Of a stretch of 64,000 bases of DNA, positions 13,742 to 28,114 are shown piece by piece; the first letter of the stretch is position 1; each line of letters starts with the position of its first letter. This DNA is from Basidiobolus meristosporus CBS 931.73 (Eukaryota > Fungi > Basidiobolomycota). The notes beneath the pieces were generated by a model that worked only from the letters and a program-made list of their open reading frames with translations, did not search any database and was not told the origin of the DNA. The translations under genes were made by a program, and so were the position numbers. The stretch is taken from the NCBI GenBank assembly GCA_002104905.1, contig MCFE01000394.1, positions 18,387 through 82,386 on the forward strand, read 5' to 3'.

Positions 13742-14547
13742 AGCAATTGCTATTGTTTGTGATCATCCAATCAATGCTTTTTTTTTTGAGATCCAAATCA
13801 AGCCATTGCAATTCAATGATCACTAAAATTTTGATGTAAGTAATATCAAGGTTGTCTCACATTTCAAACAGAACCCCTTTGAATAAATACCCTGCATTTA
13901 TATACATCATCTGTAGCACCAGTGCAGCCATCTGACATGTTTTGCACCTATCCATTTATTCACTTGCTAGCTATGACACCTTATCCAATCACTAGGATCA
14001 GGGATTTACTTGCTGAATGACCAAAATGGGATATTTGGTGGCAAATCAGGTAGCTTGTATAATGGTCAAAGAGCCAATTGGGGGCTGACAGCTTCATGAT
14101 ATTTTTGGCTCAATTAACCACAGAGATACCATAAAATTGGAGTGATAGTAACCAAAATGATATGTATCAGTGTAGTTTATAGTGTGATATGCATTTATTT
14201 CATTTACATAAAAGAAATACATCCAAATATAGGATCTTACCTACCATATTAGTGGTGTCCAATTGCACATGTGATGTAAATATTACTAGTAGGTGTGATC
14301 ATCCACGCCAACCTCATCATGTCAAATTGTACCATAGCGTACAAGGTTATCCCACTTGGTGCAAAATTGTCCAAGAGTGGTCCTGCATACTGGTAGCTAC
14401 AATATTGCACCCAACTGTTCTTAGAGACTGTGGATTACACTGTGCACCCTGGTATGGTACAATGGATTAAGTCTATTTGCTGAGGGGGTACTATGTGTTG
14501 TAGAAGCTTTAGCACCATAATAATCATACAAATCAATTACTTAAATC

Positions 14548-14916
14548 TGTTACAATTCAAGAACTGATTTGAATATAAGGAACTTATCAAGAAATAGTGA
14601 TGATAGTTAAACTGTTGTTTATTAATAAAGAAGCTCATTATTTATACCTTTGTAGAGGAAATATAGCTCTAACACTAAGCAAGGAGGATTTCTCAATATT
14701 CAGGAGCATTCTGCAACAGTTTCAGGGTTAGTACATAATAGTTAGCATTAGTGCTAATTTGATCCCAACTATAGGGGAATAATCATAAGATTGTAGATCT
14801 GAAGAAAGTGGCAAAGTTAGAGCTGTGAATTAGTCCCACAGTGACCAAGACTATTCCAGAATTGCCAAGTAAACTTTTAGCTGCTGAATGATACCAAATA
14901 GTTCAGTATTCCAGCA
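14548..14916. repeat. Solo Ty1/Copia LTR
   Basis: tgttaca...ccagca, colinear with LTRs at 21846 and 25075; perfect 5-bp TSD AAATC. Confidence 0.9.
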
Positions 14917-15210
14917 AAATCAGTACTAGCTATCCAAGAAAACTTTGGGTGGATTCTTAATAGAACTTACCTAAGACATTTTCACCCAGAAATCAGGTAC
15001 TCTGAACATTGAGCTTCTTGTGATTTCCTAACCTTGAACATATGTTTCTGTGATAAACCTTGACATATTCTGCTTGTTTGATTGTCACGATCTTGTAACA
15101 GTGTAGGCAGTACTTAACATTGTTTTAATCAATATGTGAGCATCTTGCGACCTACTTGCTCTTGGGAGCCGAATATGTGGCTGTCATAATGCCAGCAGCT
15201 TACAATTATT

Positions 15211-15944
15211 AGACTTGATCCGTTGGATAGTACCACATTGAGCTATGAGGGCCAAATGATGCCATAGTGTGCCTGGGAGGCTAAGTGAGCCTAAACTTGG
15301 CCACAGAGTGTGAAACATAGCTCTTCATCTTCATGCAGAGCAGCCCCTGTGTTTCACCCATTGAGTTGGAGAAAATCCATTTTTTGACATTTTTTTTTTG
15401 GATCAATGTTGTGCATGATGTGTAAGAGGACAGAAGGACTGAAGACATGCATCTGGTACTCAATACCCATGGCACTCTGAATCTAGCTCCTGTAGCGTAT
15501 ATCATGTCACAAAAATGAATGGCACTATCTTGGTCCATTGGTACTATCTGGCACTATATTTAAATATTAGCCCTAAAGTAAGACCTATACAAAGCACTTA
15601 TAGTGCCATATAGTACCAGTGAACCAAGATAGTGCCATTCATTTTTGTGACATGATATACGCTACAGGAGCTAGATTCAGAGTGCCATGGGTATTGAGTA
15701 CCAGATGCATGTCTTCAGTCCTTCTGTCCTTTTACACATCATGCACAACATTGATCCAAAAAAAAGGCCAAAAAATGGATTTTCTCCAACACAATGGGTG
15801 AAACACAGGGGCTGCTTTGCATGAAGATGCAGAGCTATGTTCCACACTCTGGGGCCAAGTTTAGGTCTACTATGCCTCTCTGGCACGTAATGGCACTATT
15901 TGGCACTCATGGCTGAATGTGGCACTATCCAACAGAGCAAGTCT
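15211..15944. mobile_element. Foldback element, second copy
   Basis: agacttgatcc...gagcaagtct; ATT on both flanks; long inverted arms. Confidence 0.9.
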
Positions 15945-15949
15945 ATTGA

Positions 15950-16400
15950 CCCTCTACTTAATACTACAGCAGGTTTGTTTTAACATTTTGCTGGTTTATT
16001 GCCCAATAAGCTACAACACTTTATGGTGTCTGAACAGTATTTTGGCTAGACTTATACAACATTTTGATAGTCTTATTGCAATTATATTTGTCTGAGTAGA
16101 CTCAACAGGCTCATCCATACAATTGCCTTATATGACAAAAAATTGGACAGTGTTTTGTCACCTACTTTGTGGATCCTGGCTGACATTTTGAGGGCAGTAC
16201 AACAGCCTACAGCAAGTCCTGTCTTATGCTGCTGTACCAATATATAAATGAAATTCCCTTTTTCTGGCTCTCCATGCACCTTTCAAATGATGCACATTGA
16301 AATCACTTCTCCTTGTATTCCTGCCTACTACTTTCTAGGGTAAGTAACAGATACCTTGAATTAAGAGATGCTAGCACTTCCTGCTAACTACTGCAATTGA
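15950..16400 (-). pseudogene. Eroded Ty3/Gypsy reverse transcriptase fragment
   Basis: ORF 16082-16279 ...DKTLSNFLSYKAIVWMSLL lies in the position of the ...VYMDDIL region; heavily mutated. Confidence 0.35.
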
Positions 16401-18684
16401 CACACTTGGAAACCTCAGCCTTACTGCTCTCAATTTGATACTGGCAAAGTTGCTAAATACCTTGTATGGCTGGTTATATATTAATTTTGCAAACATATGC
16501 TGGATTGCTGTCACTTTAGCCATTAGTACATCCTGAGTTACTGCAAAGTACTCTCTGGCACTTAGCCATAGTATTCCTTCTTCCTGCTGGATCTGGGACT
16601 CTTGTAGGTGCCCTCTGGCTCTTGTTTGTGTGAGTTCTGTATTGAAAGATGTGGAAATTGGTTTGTAATCAGGAAAGACCTAGCATAATATAGTAAAGGC
16701 ATCATAAGAAAATTAGTTGCTTTTTGTGACTGACCCTACCTTGCATTACTTAACTAATTACCCATGTGTTGGGACTGCTTAGCTTCTTAGTCCTATAGGT
16801 ATAAGAATCTCCTTGAACACATTTGTACTGATTAGTTTATAACTGCTACTAGCTGTTCTCTGTTAGCCAACTCATCACATCCATGATGGACTTGAAGGAT
16901 ATATTCTTAATGAGTATAGGATAAGGTAGTATTGTACCTTGTCTTGCCCTCCTATTGACATATGTTCTCTTCATAGGAAACTCCCATAGGGTGATGCAAG
17001 ATGCATTATTCACCACAAACCATGCAAGATGGAGTAAAGAATAACAGTAGTGCCCAAGATCTACACACTTAGGTTCATGCTTTTTTATATTCTTGCTGCT
17101 GCCTAATATCTGCCTGATAGGAGATTAGTATCAGCCAGCTGGGTGAAGCAGCAGAAGTACTTGGCTTGATGGGGTATTTCATCATTGATGAGCATATGAA
17201 CTTACTGACTAAGCCTAATTACCAATTTATTTTTATTGATGCCACTGTGCTTTTTTCCTGGTGTAAAAAATCTTGTCTCCTATATTAGTGACTTGTGTGT
17301 GCAAGGACTTAGCTCCTGATGGGTTTGGATCATCTGGTGGCTCCAGATGAGAAACAAGTCCAGTGTTGTAATGCAAATAATATCAGCAGATCATGTAAGG
17401 ATGGTAACTTGTAAACATTAGTGCTTGAAATTTGCATTAGAGAGCAAGCATATAATCACCTAGGTTACAGAGCTGTCATTTAGAAGTGTTATATTTTGAA
17501 TGATTGAGATATATGTTAATGGGAGTACTAGAACATGTTGAAGCTGAGTGTGATAGTCAGCATTGTTTCTACTTGCAGGAAAGCATAAATCCTTGCAAAT
17601 CTGAGTTGCCCAACACAGTGATGAATTGGACATGACAGCTCTAAATTGTTATTAATTATTATGTTCAAGGCACTTCTGACTATAGTCACTTAGGTTAACA
17701 GCCATCTAGGACTTCTACCAAAGGAATATAGCTCATATGACCCTTTTTGTGAAAGTAGCTGCTCCCTTTATTGGCAGTGAATTTCAGTCCCAAGGTTAAG
17801 CATGGCAGCTGAAGCAAGGCAGTACAATGGGGAGTACAGAGGAGCTGTGTCTGCAAAAACTGCTCCCCATCCTAAGTGTTTTTCAAAAGGTACAATCCCA
17901 ATTTTATTACTATTACCAATGATAAGATTCATAGTCAAAAATTAACTCAAATTTCATCAAAGCTTAATTGCAACATATTTTTCACTGATGTGAAACATAT
18001 GCAGAAAGTGTAGGTTGTTAGCCCTGGTGTACCATGAAGCCAACTTGCCTTGTTCTGCCTTAGAAACAAAGCACTCTGTCTAGTCAGAATACTAAGAGTC
18101 TATATACCCTCAATGATTACATACCTATCAGTTGGCATGTGGTAGTTGGACTGAGCATACTTGGTACATTTCCTGAGCAGCACACTGCCAAGCTATTCTC
18201 CACCATCATCAGCTGTAATGAATGCTCACCAAGTCATATCTCATTTTTCAATTTCTAAGCTGTGCTATTACCTCATCAATGCAAAGAGCTTTCAACAATC
18301 ACATTTATAAGTGCAGTAGAGCTCACTGCAACTTTGTATTCATTTGATTAAGGTACAGGAGTACCTCTACTACACCTGCAGTTGTTTTGGGTTGTATTAT
18401 TAATAAGTGCACACTCTCCTTGAGCATAAAGCTTAGTGCAGAATATGTGACTACCACAATTGCTGGCTCCAATCTGCATATTCAGGAACATCTAAAGCTG
18501 CAGCAAAGAGTGTTTTTTTATCAAACATGTATGAGATATTGCTTCATCACTAGTACTGAGTCCATGTCTCATTGACTTCCCAGCATGAATTTATTCAAAT
18601 ACCCAGTTCCTTCACTATTTTGGTATCTAAGTTGTGCCCTTACACTTGCAATACCCCTTCAATTCTCCACAATACTCAAGATAA

Positions 18685-19067
18685 TATTGCAACTTGAGAA
18701 GTGATTTGAATACAAGGAACTTATCAAGAAATTGTGATCATGGTTGAATTACTGTTTATTCATAAGGAGGCTCAGTATTTATACCTTTGTTGTTGTAATA
18801 CAATTGCAATACCAAGTAAGGAGGGCTTTGCAAAATTCAGGAGTATTCTGTGACAGTTATAGGAGTAGTATATAATGCTTTGTTAAAGTGCTAACTCATC
18901 TTAAGTGTTTTGATCTTGACTATAGAGGAATAATAATAGAATTATAGATCTGAAGAAAGTGGTAAAGTTAGGGCTGTAAGTCAGTCCTAGAATGAACAAG
19001 ACTAGTCCAAAATTTTCAAGTGAGTTCTTTGCTGCTGAACAATACTAAATAGCTCAATATTTCTACA
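18685..19067. repeat. Solo Ty1/Copia LTR, more diverged
   Basis: Colinear with 14548-14916 throughout; TG start mutated to TA; TSD unclear. Confidence 0.8.
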
Positions 19068-22000
19068 GAGACATCCTGCACTGCCAAGTGACCACAGCTG
19101 TGAGTTTCTTTTGAAAAATTGTAATAGAAATCCCACTTTCAAATGTTCAGGGAGCTGTAGATACAGTTTATAGTTGCTATTCTTTTGAGGTGCTATTGCA
19201 TCATAAAGTATCATAATCTGGCAACTAGTCCAAATGTATTCCATAGTAGCACTGTATTCAGCTAAAAACCTACATTACATTCCCTCTTGGTGATGCACAA
19301 CACTGCCTATCTTTGCTATAGCCTTATATATGTGTAGTACCATACCATCTTAATTTTTTGTGTATCCTACAGTACAGTTCCATAGTATACAGCAGCTGAG
19401 CAATGAGTGTTGAGCCAAGAGAAGACTTATGTGCTCATAGTAGCTTGGTAATTTGCACAAGTTTACACTCTACAATGCACTTTCAGTGCTTTGATATTTC
19501 TGTAATATTTAGTTACTGTTAATTAGGATCACCCACAAATTTTCTGCCCTTTCAACAATAGATGTCACAAAACAACTCATTGACTTAACTATGTAGTTGT
19601 GGGACCTAGTACATGAGAGTGCTCAGCAGCCATTGGCTAAGAGGCATCACATGTCATGAGCACTTGGTACATCAGTAAGCCTTTTGTGTCATCAACATCT
19701 CACCTAGACATTAGATCTGAAGAGAATAGGTAACTCAGGCACAAACCAGCAGACATTACAGTAAAAAGGATGGCTTTTGTTTACTAATACAGCTCAGTCA
19801 CATATGCATCATCTCCTAGCTATTTTCTGCAGCTCTGTAATGCTAATACAAGGCAGTACAATGACATTGTATCAGAGCTTGAACAAATCCAAAATTCTAG
19901 TGCTCTAAGCCAAGATGTGCTCTTTCTACTAAGTATTTGGCAGCTTGGTGTGGTTGCATTAGATACTGGCGTTAAGAAAATGGCAATACTTATGATGTCA
20001 AACATCTTTTGGGAATATTTCTCCTGCATTCTTGCAACAATGACAATAGCAGTGCATGAGTAGCAGCTTGGTCTGTATGCTCCAATTTCTTTATCTTGTC
20101 AGCCTAATTATTGTGGGAAGCCTTCACTCAGTGTCCTTGCCTCATAAAGCAGCTATAGCAGTAAAAGTTCCTCTAGTTTTGTTGCTTTTCTTATTTTCTA
20201 AATGCTGCTTGGACACGGGTAACATACTGGTTTTAATTTCCCCACTTGTCTACCTTGTTTAAGTCACTGTAATGTAACCTTTTTTGACAAAGTGCAAAGG
20301 CATGTTGTATTCTCTTCCCTCCAAAGAATGCAGGAGATACTTATGATAGCTATGTTAGCTGCAAGCAAACATAATATGTATACAGTATTCAGAAGGTCTC
20401 TATCAAAGAGTTGCTTGAAATTGGCTCTGATATTATGTCCTTCTCTGAGTCTTCCAAACCTTGTGGGCTAAACTGGAAGCAAATATTTCTTCAGCAATGA
20501 AACCTTACACACCAATACATGCAGCACAAATGGCCCCTGTGGTATAACTTCAAAGCTATACGTATGTGCAAAAGACTTTCAAAATGACAATATTACCTAT
20601 GCTGGAGTTTAGTAATATAATTCCTTGAAAGTATACAAAGCTGAGATGTAACTACTGGATTTGAGGAAATGTAAAATGCTAATGTGGTTAAATAATACAT
20701 AATGTGTAACAATATGCAGATAATATAAGCTTACTAACTTACATATCCAACTATAGACAGTGTATTGGAGTGTACCTGTGATAAAATGCAATTGCAATCT
20801 ACAAACTCAACAATTGGAAGTAAATGTACACATACTTATCATGTCACAAAGGTAATTTGTAGTGACTGTATTAGTGAGTAGATATAAATACAAACAGCAC
20901 GAGACAAGCAAAATCAGCAACCAGAACGGCATTTTGATTTTGTCAGCAGTTTATCCATCCAAGTTGCAAAAGCCATGTTGGAGAATTTCTAAAGGCATAA
21001 TGATGCTGACATCATGCAAAATTGGTTACAAAATGCCAATCTTTGTGTCTTGAAGCATTGCATAAAGTTGGTATATAAGTACCTAACCAGAGAATCTACA
21101 GTATAGAAGTGCAATGGCACTGTATAAGGTTGGCAACAATACGCAAAGTAGCTTGGTGTTCATCTGTCTGTAGGCTTGAAACAGTTGTAGCTGTGTTGGG
21201 TATGCTAAGTAATATAAAAAATTTATTACAACAGCTTCATAGTCCCTATTGAAGTAGGTTAAGGATATGTGCATAGTATTCAATCAATATTCCCATCTAA
21301 TACTGACATCAAGAGATTATTCCTAGAAGCAATGATCTGATTGATGTGACACTGATGAGGCAATCAGTGTGCCTTTCAGTAGCCAAAACTACTCCTGAGT
21401 CTTTAAGTAAGCTCAGATCCTAGTATTACCAAATAGCTCAACATTTCAACTCTTCTACTTTACTCAATTACACATTGATCATATCTTCTTTCAGAGATTT
21501 GATGCTCTGGCTAAGTCAACAGTTTTGCTAATGAATCTGCATATGATTTGTCAGTTTAGCAATGAGCCAAATCTATCACATTATTATCCACCACTTTACT
21601 TACAATGTTCATAATAATTTCAGGTTCTAACTTCTGACATACCTCACAAAATTTTTGGCCGATGAGATAGGGCCCTGCATGTCCTAATGGTGCAATCTAG
21701 TTTCTCTGAATTGAACATCTCAATGTTTGGAGCTACTTGATATATCAAATGTGTACCTATAGGCTACAGTGGAGTACCTCCTCAAATGGTTTGTAACAGC
21801 ATGTGAGTAAATATATCATGCTCTGCTGCTGCAAATTAATCTTACTGTTGCAACTTAGGAAGTGATTTGGATATAAGGAACTTATCAAGATATACTGATA
21901 ATAGTTGAGTTGTTGTTTATTAATAAGGAAGCTCAGTATTTATACCTTTGTAGAAGAAATATAGCTGTAACACTAAGTAAGGAGGGTTTCTCAGTATTTC

Positions 22001-22208
22001 AGGAGCATTCTGTGACAGTTTCAGGGTTGATACATAATGTTTAGTAATAGTGCTAATTTGATCACAACTATAGGGGAATAATCAAAAGATCATAGATCTG
22101 AAAAAAGTGGCAAAGTTAGAGCTGTAAATTAGTCCCATAGTGACCAAGACTAGTCCAGAATTGTTAAGTAAATTTTTGCCGCTAAATGATACCAAATAGT
22201 CCAGTATT

Positions 22209-22970
22209 TCAACACTCTCCCTCAACTGAAAAATTTCTCAATCCTAATTCCTCCCTGAGATTCTCATGTTGTGGCCTAGCAAGTGGTTCTGTCAATATAT
22301 CTGCCACCATTTTGTTAGTTGGGCAGTACACTAACTCTACCAAGCTATTTTCTACAGCTTCCCTCACAGAGTGATGCTGTACATCAATGAGCTTAGTCCT
22401 GGCATGATTAGTAGGATTTCTAGCTAATGAGGTACAACTTTGATTATCCTTGTAAATACATGTAGGTGGATTTGAATAAAAACCTAAGTCATTGCGTAAT
22501 TTTTGTAGCCATACAGCCTCCTTAGTTGCTTGGCATGCAGCCATATATTCTGCTTCAGTTGTAGATAGGGCCAAAGTTGCTTGTTTCTTACAATTCCAAG
22601 TAATAGCTGCAGCAGCATAAAGAAATACATATCCTTTGGTAGAACATATGTTAATCAGATCCCTACCCCAATCTGAATCACTATAACCATTAAACGTTTG
22701 CTTATTAGCTGATCCAGAGTATTCCAGTACCATATTTATGGTACTTTGTAGATGTCTGACAATCAGCGTAACTGCTGCAATTTGATCTGATCCATAATTC
22801 TGCATGAATTGACTGACTATTCCAACTGCCACTGCAATGTCTGGATGTGTAGACACCATCAAGTACATTAGGCTACCAACTATTGATTGATAGGGAGTGT
22901 TTTGCTCAATATTTGAGCTGATTTTGTCTATAACTGGCTTAGATATGCTTGATTTCAGGTTATTGTCCAA
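22209..22970 (-). pseudogene. Copia RT C-terminus/RNase H fragment
   Basis: YQSIVGSLMYLMVSTHPDIA, YSDSDW, STTEAEYMA, KLIDVQHH. Confidence 0.9.
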
Positions 22971-24541
22971 AGGAGAAGCTGCAGGTTTGCAATTTTCCTT
23001 TTTGAAGCATCTAAGAATGTCCCTGGTGTACTTGGACTGATTCAGCTAAATTTTCTGCGTAGGATGAACACACCCTTTTTAAGCTGTTTCACATATATAC
23101 TTTAATCTGCAGTGCTACATGAGAACTCAATTTCCTCTAGATATGTGTCAATCTTCTTATACCATGCACTAGGTGCCTGCTTAAGCCCATACAACAGTTT
23201 TCCAAGTTTGCACACCTTTTGAGGGTCTTTAGGATTGGTAAAACCTTCTGGTTGCTCCATATATATAAAGTTTCTTGCAAATTCCCATTTAGAAAGGCTG
23301 TTTTGACATCCATTTGGTGTAGATATAGACTGTGTACAGCTGCCAGGGCTAGAACTTTCCTAATGGACTCAAACCTGGCAACCAGAGCGGATGTTTCCTT
23401 AAATTCTAGTCCCTGGATCTGGGAATAGCATTTACCCACTAATCTTGCCTTATACTTGTCAATGGCACCATTTGGGGTTATCTTGATCTTTAGACCCATC
23501 TACATCCTATTGGCTTTCTCCCATTTGGAAAATCAACCAGTTCCCATGTTTTTGCCATGATCAGTGATTGGTACTCCTTGTACATAGCTAGTTGCACATT
23601 GTAGCATCTGGACTTTGTATTGCCTGTTCCAGATTCTGAGGTTGGGCAAATCAGGCAAGATAAGCTTCTTCATGATCATTAGATGTCTGCCACCAGGATC
23701 CATGAGCACTTCTTATTCTGGTAGATCTCCTGACTGGGATAATCTGCTCTGATCTGGAACTGGTAGATTTATCAAATATTTGTCTTGGCTCCAAAGGACA
23801 GTGTTTTTGTGGGGCCACATATGTTAGAGTGTACAATAGCCAATATTTGAGTGGTATTGACGCCTTCTGAGCTCTTGAAATGTTGCCTAGCTAATATGCC
23901 ATATGAACATCCCTTACAAGCATTCAATTTGATTGGAATTGAGTATTCTAGGCCCAAGACAAGCTGATTTTTCACCAATTGGCTCATTTTCTGTTCCCCA
24001 ATGTGTCCTTGTCTGCTATACCATGTTTCCCAGTTAGTTTCATCAGCTTTGGCAATGTTGACATACTAAGGTACAATGCTCTTGCATTGTGACTTGTATT
24101 TATTGTGACTTTTGATTCCCAAACCTAATTTTGTCCATTTTCACTCAATATTGAGCAGCTCATCTTAGTAAAAACAAATTTCAGTCCCTGAGCAGTTGCT
24201 GCACTGATTGATTGTGGGTTCTTAGCAATAGCAGGTAAATAGAGTACATCAGTCAATGCAGCCATTGTTGCCCCTGAGCTATTGCTCATATTTAGTTACA
24301 TAGACCCCCCTGCAGTAGCTTCCAGAGCAGAGTTATCTCCCAGATAAACCTTTCTTACAGGAAAAGTTTTTAAGTTGCTGATCCACTCCTTTATTCCAGA
24401 AGTATGCTGTGATGCTCCAGAGACAATATACCATTCATTACTTCAGTTACTTGAACTCTCTTATACGGTTACAAATAACTGTTCATCAGTAATTATATGG
24501 TTTGCCTGCTCTAGTTTCTGTTTTTTGTCTGCTTCTTTCAT

Positions 24542-24916
24542 CTAGCATTCTCTTGCCCAGTGTCCTGGCTTTATACAGTAGTTACAGTAAACAGGTTTTC
24601 TTTGGTTTTGTTGCTTCTCCTTCTTTTCTGAGTGCATTTCTGAGCTGAATAAAGCATTATCTTCAATTTTCTCTGCTTGATCATTATATCTGAGTTCTTC
24701 ATGGAGAAGTCTTCCTTTGACAAAGTCTAAAGTCATATTGTTTTCTTTGCTCTCAAAAGAAAGTAAGAGTGACTCATACTTGTCTGGTAGGCTGCAATGC
24801 AGACAGAGTATCTTTTCTTCATCATCTATACCAGCATTAACGCTGTAGAGTTCTTCTGCAAGTGTCTCCATTCTGGTAATGAGTTGTAGCATGTCACCAT
24901 CTGGCTTTGTCCTCAA
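24542..24916 (-). pseudogene. Copia gag fragment with CCHC zinc knuckle
   Basis: LHCSLPDKYESL...LDFVKGRLLHEE and C-x2-C-x4-H-x4-C. Confidence 0.88.
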
Positions 24917-26149
24917 GTTGGAGAACTTTTGTTTTAAGTAAAGCTTGCTTGATACTTACTTTACTCTAAAGATCTTCTGAGAGGATTCTCATGCTGCTTT
25001 GGAAGTATTTGAGGCATTGATTTGCTGGTCAAAGTCATCTTTAGATTAGATGAAGGCAACAAGGGCTCATAACCTGTTGCAATTTAAGGAGTGATTTGGA
25101 TACAAGGAACCTAACAAGAGATAGTGATAGTAGTTGAATTCTTGTTTATTAATAAGGAAGCTCAGTATTTATACCTTTGTAGAAGAAATATAGCTATAAC
25201 ACTAAGTAACAATGGTTTCTCAGTATTCAGGAGCATTCTGTAACAGTTTCAGGGTTTATACATAATGTTAAGTAATGGTGCTAATTTGATCATGACTATA
25301 GGAGAGTAATCAAAGCATCATAGATCTGAAAAAGTGGCAAAGTTAGAGCTGTAAATAAGTCACACAGTGACCAAGACTATCCATAACTGTTAAGTAAACT
25401 TTTAGCCGCTGAATGATGCCAAATAGTCCAATATTTCAACACTTGTTCAACTCTGCATAAGTTGACAGGCTTTTCTAACTGCTGCTAGAGCACTTCAAAA
25501 TAAAAGTATCACAAGTTCTTTGAGGCTACCATATATCAATTAAAAGCCAGTGATCATGTCCAGAGCTCATGCAAATTGACTACTTCTTGGCAAAGGTTTA
25601 CATATTCCAAGGATATTTTCAATGGTATTTGCACATGTTTGCAGATTGCATTATTGAGATGCTTAAGATTGTGGTCAATATTGTGGTTCTAATTTGGCAC
25701 AGCTTTCTGTCCACATTCTTCAAGTTTGACTTCAATATCAACAACAAAGCTCAAATTGCAATATTATTCTGATTCACCAAGGATACCTTGCAAAGACTGT
25801 CAAAAAGAATTGCTGCTCAGATTTCAAAATGTTGATGCTATAAATCCTCATCACATCAATAAATTGGTACCCTTTGAATGTTCTCCGCCAATTTTTGCAC
25901 TCAATAATGCAAGACCTTGATTCAACTCCTGCATTTGTGTACATTGATTGACTGTTGACTCTTTTACATACTGCTTACTTCCTGACTTGACTCAATATTC
26001 TTCTTAGATGAATATACTGTGGATTTATTTCCATTTAGACTTTGTTAGTACCTCTATTGTCAGTTGTGGTGACCTATAGAAGTTCCTATACCCAGCACCA
26101 AAGTCTATCCCAACACCACACTCAACAAATATCTATGTTAAAATCCACC

Positions 26150-28110
26150 ATTCAATAGTAATTTCTGCTGTGACACCATCTTTTCATAACTCTTTTGGGA
26201 GCCTTGCAGCTTTATGTAACTGTTCATTCACTGGCTGCAATACATCCTGGTGTTCAGCCAGCACTGCAGGTCAAGTACCTTGTCTGCCAGTTTTATCAAT
26301 AAATGCTTGCAATATTTAGATGCATTTTCTTGAGCCCTGCTCTTGAAGTAGTGCTCCAGCCTCTTTGTACTTAGGTTGCATATTCCATCACAACAATACA
26401 CAATTAGTATTTGATTGGTTTTCTGTCAACTTGCACATGTTATGCTCTCTGGCATCTGATCTGCTTCTACGCTTGTGCTCAGTTAGTGGCTATTGCCACT
26501 TTTTCACACTCCTTACTTTCTGACTGAACCAATATTGTTACTTTTCATGCTTATAAATTGGTTGATTTGCATGGACACCCCAGTTTTGACTTAACTGTTA
26601 GTTGTGCTGATCTATATGGATCCTTTTACCCAACACCAAAAATATGCACAGCCTCACACTCAGCATGTAGCTTCATTAAAATTATCTGCTGTTGTCTTGT
26701 TGGCATTTCTAATAGGCTCTTATGGGATTTGGTCTATTCTTGGCTAATGGTGTTGATTGGTGCAAACTGCAGCTTTTCCCTAGTGTTTCCTTGTCTCTGG
26801 TTTCATTATACTCTTCCCTTTCCCTTTACCTTTATCACTACCAGGTTGTTCACTGCTGCTATAAGTGCAGCTTATATTGACTATTGTTTTTCTTTGCTAA
26901 ATGCTGCACTAGTGCATTTGCATTGGCCTGCTTGTCCCTTACTTTGACTCTTCCAGCTACCTAATATTTTTGTGTTGCTTGTTTGGAGCTTTTAGTACTG
27001 CTCTGGATTGACTCTTGAGGAAGCTGCTGGATTTAAGCATTGGTACACTTGTTTTACTGCCTCTAAGAGATTCTGCTATTCTTGAGATATATTTTCAGCA
27101 TACCAATGCTGGTCAAAGTCTGTTTGCTTGCTCAATCCAGCTTTACAGTTATGGAGCAATTTATAGGGTTCTGATTAGCCTTGAGATCCTGATGGTCCAT
27201 TATAATGCAGGCCTTAAAATAATAGCATGCTAGACTTTTACAGCTGCCTGAATATTAGCCCACTCTACATCATTGCACTCAATGGGCTCAGGCATATTGT
27301 ATGTCTTTATATATCAGGCTGTGGAGGATAGACCTTAGTCTCTCCCTCCCATGCTGTAAGATGCTTTTCTGTGGGCTTTATCCTTGGGTACTGTGGTTGC
27401 GCTTTAAAGACTCTGTGGTGTTTCTCTGCAGCTACATATGAAAGTAACTCCATTCTGACCAATGACATTGAGTTATTAGAGCTTCTTCTTAACAGCATAG
27501 ATACTGCATTCTCTACCTGGCATAGTGAATGCATCACATGTATTGTTGCCTCATCCTGTCTCTGAACTACCTGCTGATTTCCCTGGGCCTTTGCATCTAT
27601 CATATTAGCCACTGCACCTAAACCCCAGACTATTGCTTTGATATGAGCAGGCAGCATACTTACAAATGCATGTGGTAGCAATGTTATGATGGGAATATCA
27701 TGGTTGTCTGGCAAGGGCTCTGCATTTGCTACATGCAACCACTTGACTTTTAAGGTCAGCTTGCAGCTATGCAGAGATTCTCTACACCTGGCCTAACAGA
27801 GAGCCTAAAATCTTTACATAATTGCCTTTAGTAAGCACACTGTTCAAATAGTCCTTATTGAATGTATCTGCACCTTGTGTACTAAGTGCCAAAGCAAGTT
27901 GTTGTGCAAACTTTCTCTGCTCTAGTTTGAATTGGGGCTTGGGGGGAAAGCAGGCAGCATTGCTTCATTTTTTGATGACATTCATATGGAAGTGAGTGTG
28001 ACCAAAGGATAAATAGAGCAACATGTACATGTGGATATGATGCCAGAGCTGTATTTATGATATGGTGAGACAATACCAGTAGCAGAAATACCAACAATAC
28101 CTTATAAAAC
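26150..28110 (-). mobile_element. Family X copy
   Basis: ORF 27307-27738 (FKAQPQYPRIKPTEKHLTAWEG) matches 2740-2800 and 38400-38470; minus strand LTSIGMLKIYLKNSR near 27070-27115. Confidence 0.6.
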
Positions 28111-28114
28111 AAAG

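Larger units (their letters stand above)
11038..14474 (-). mobile_element. Decayed full-length PIF/Harbinger-like (PHIS) DNA transposon
   Basis: Left end agacttgctctgttt; right end reverse complement agacttaatccattg; flanks ACT/ATT; contains DDE_Tnp_4-like transposase fragments and a divergent second ORF. Confidence 0.8.
21846..25441 (-). mobile_element. Ty1/Copia LTR retrotransposon, internally deleted and inactivated
   Basis: LTRs 21846-22214 and 25075-25441 (TG..CA); PBS ggttatgagccc (copia-type half-tRNA-iMet pattern); PPT gagggagag; gag with CNYCIKPGHWAREC; RT YKARLV and [12 protein letters not shown]; RNase H GYSDSDWG and VADILTEPL. Confidence 0.93.
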
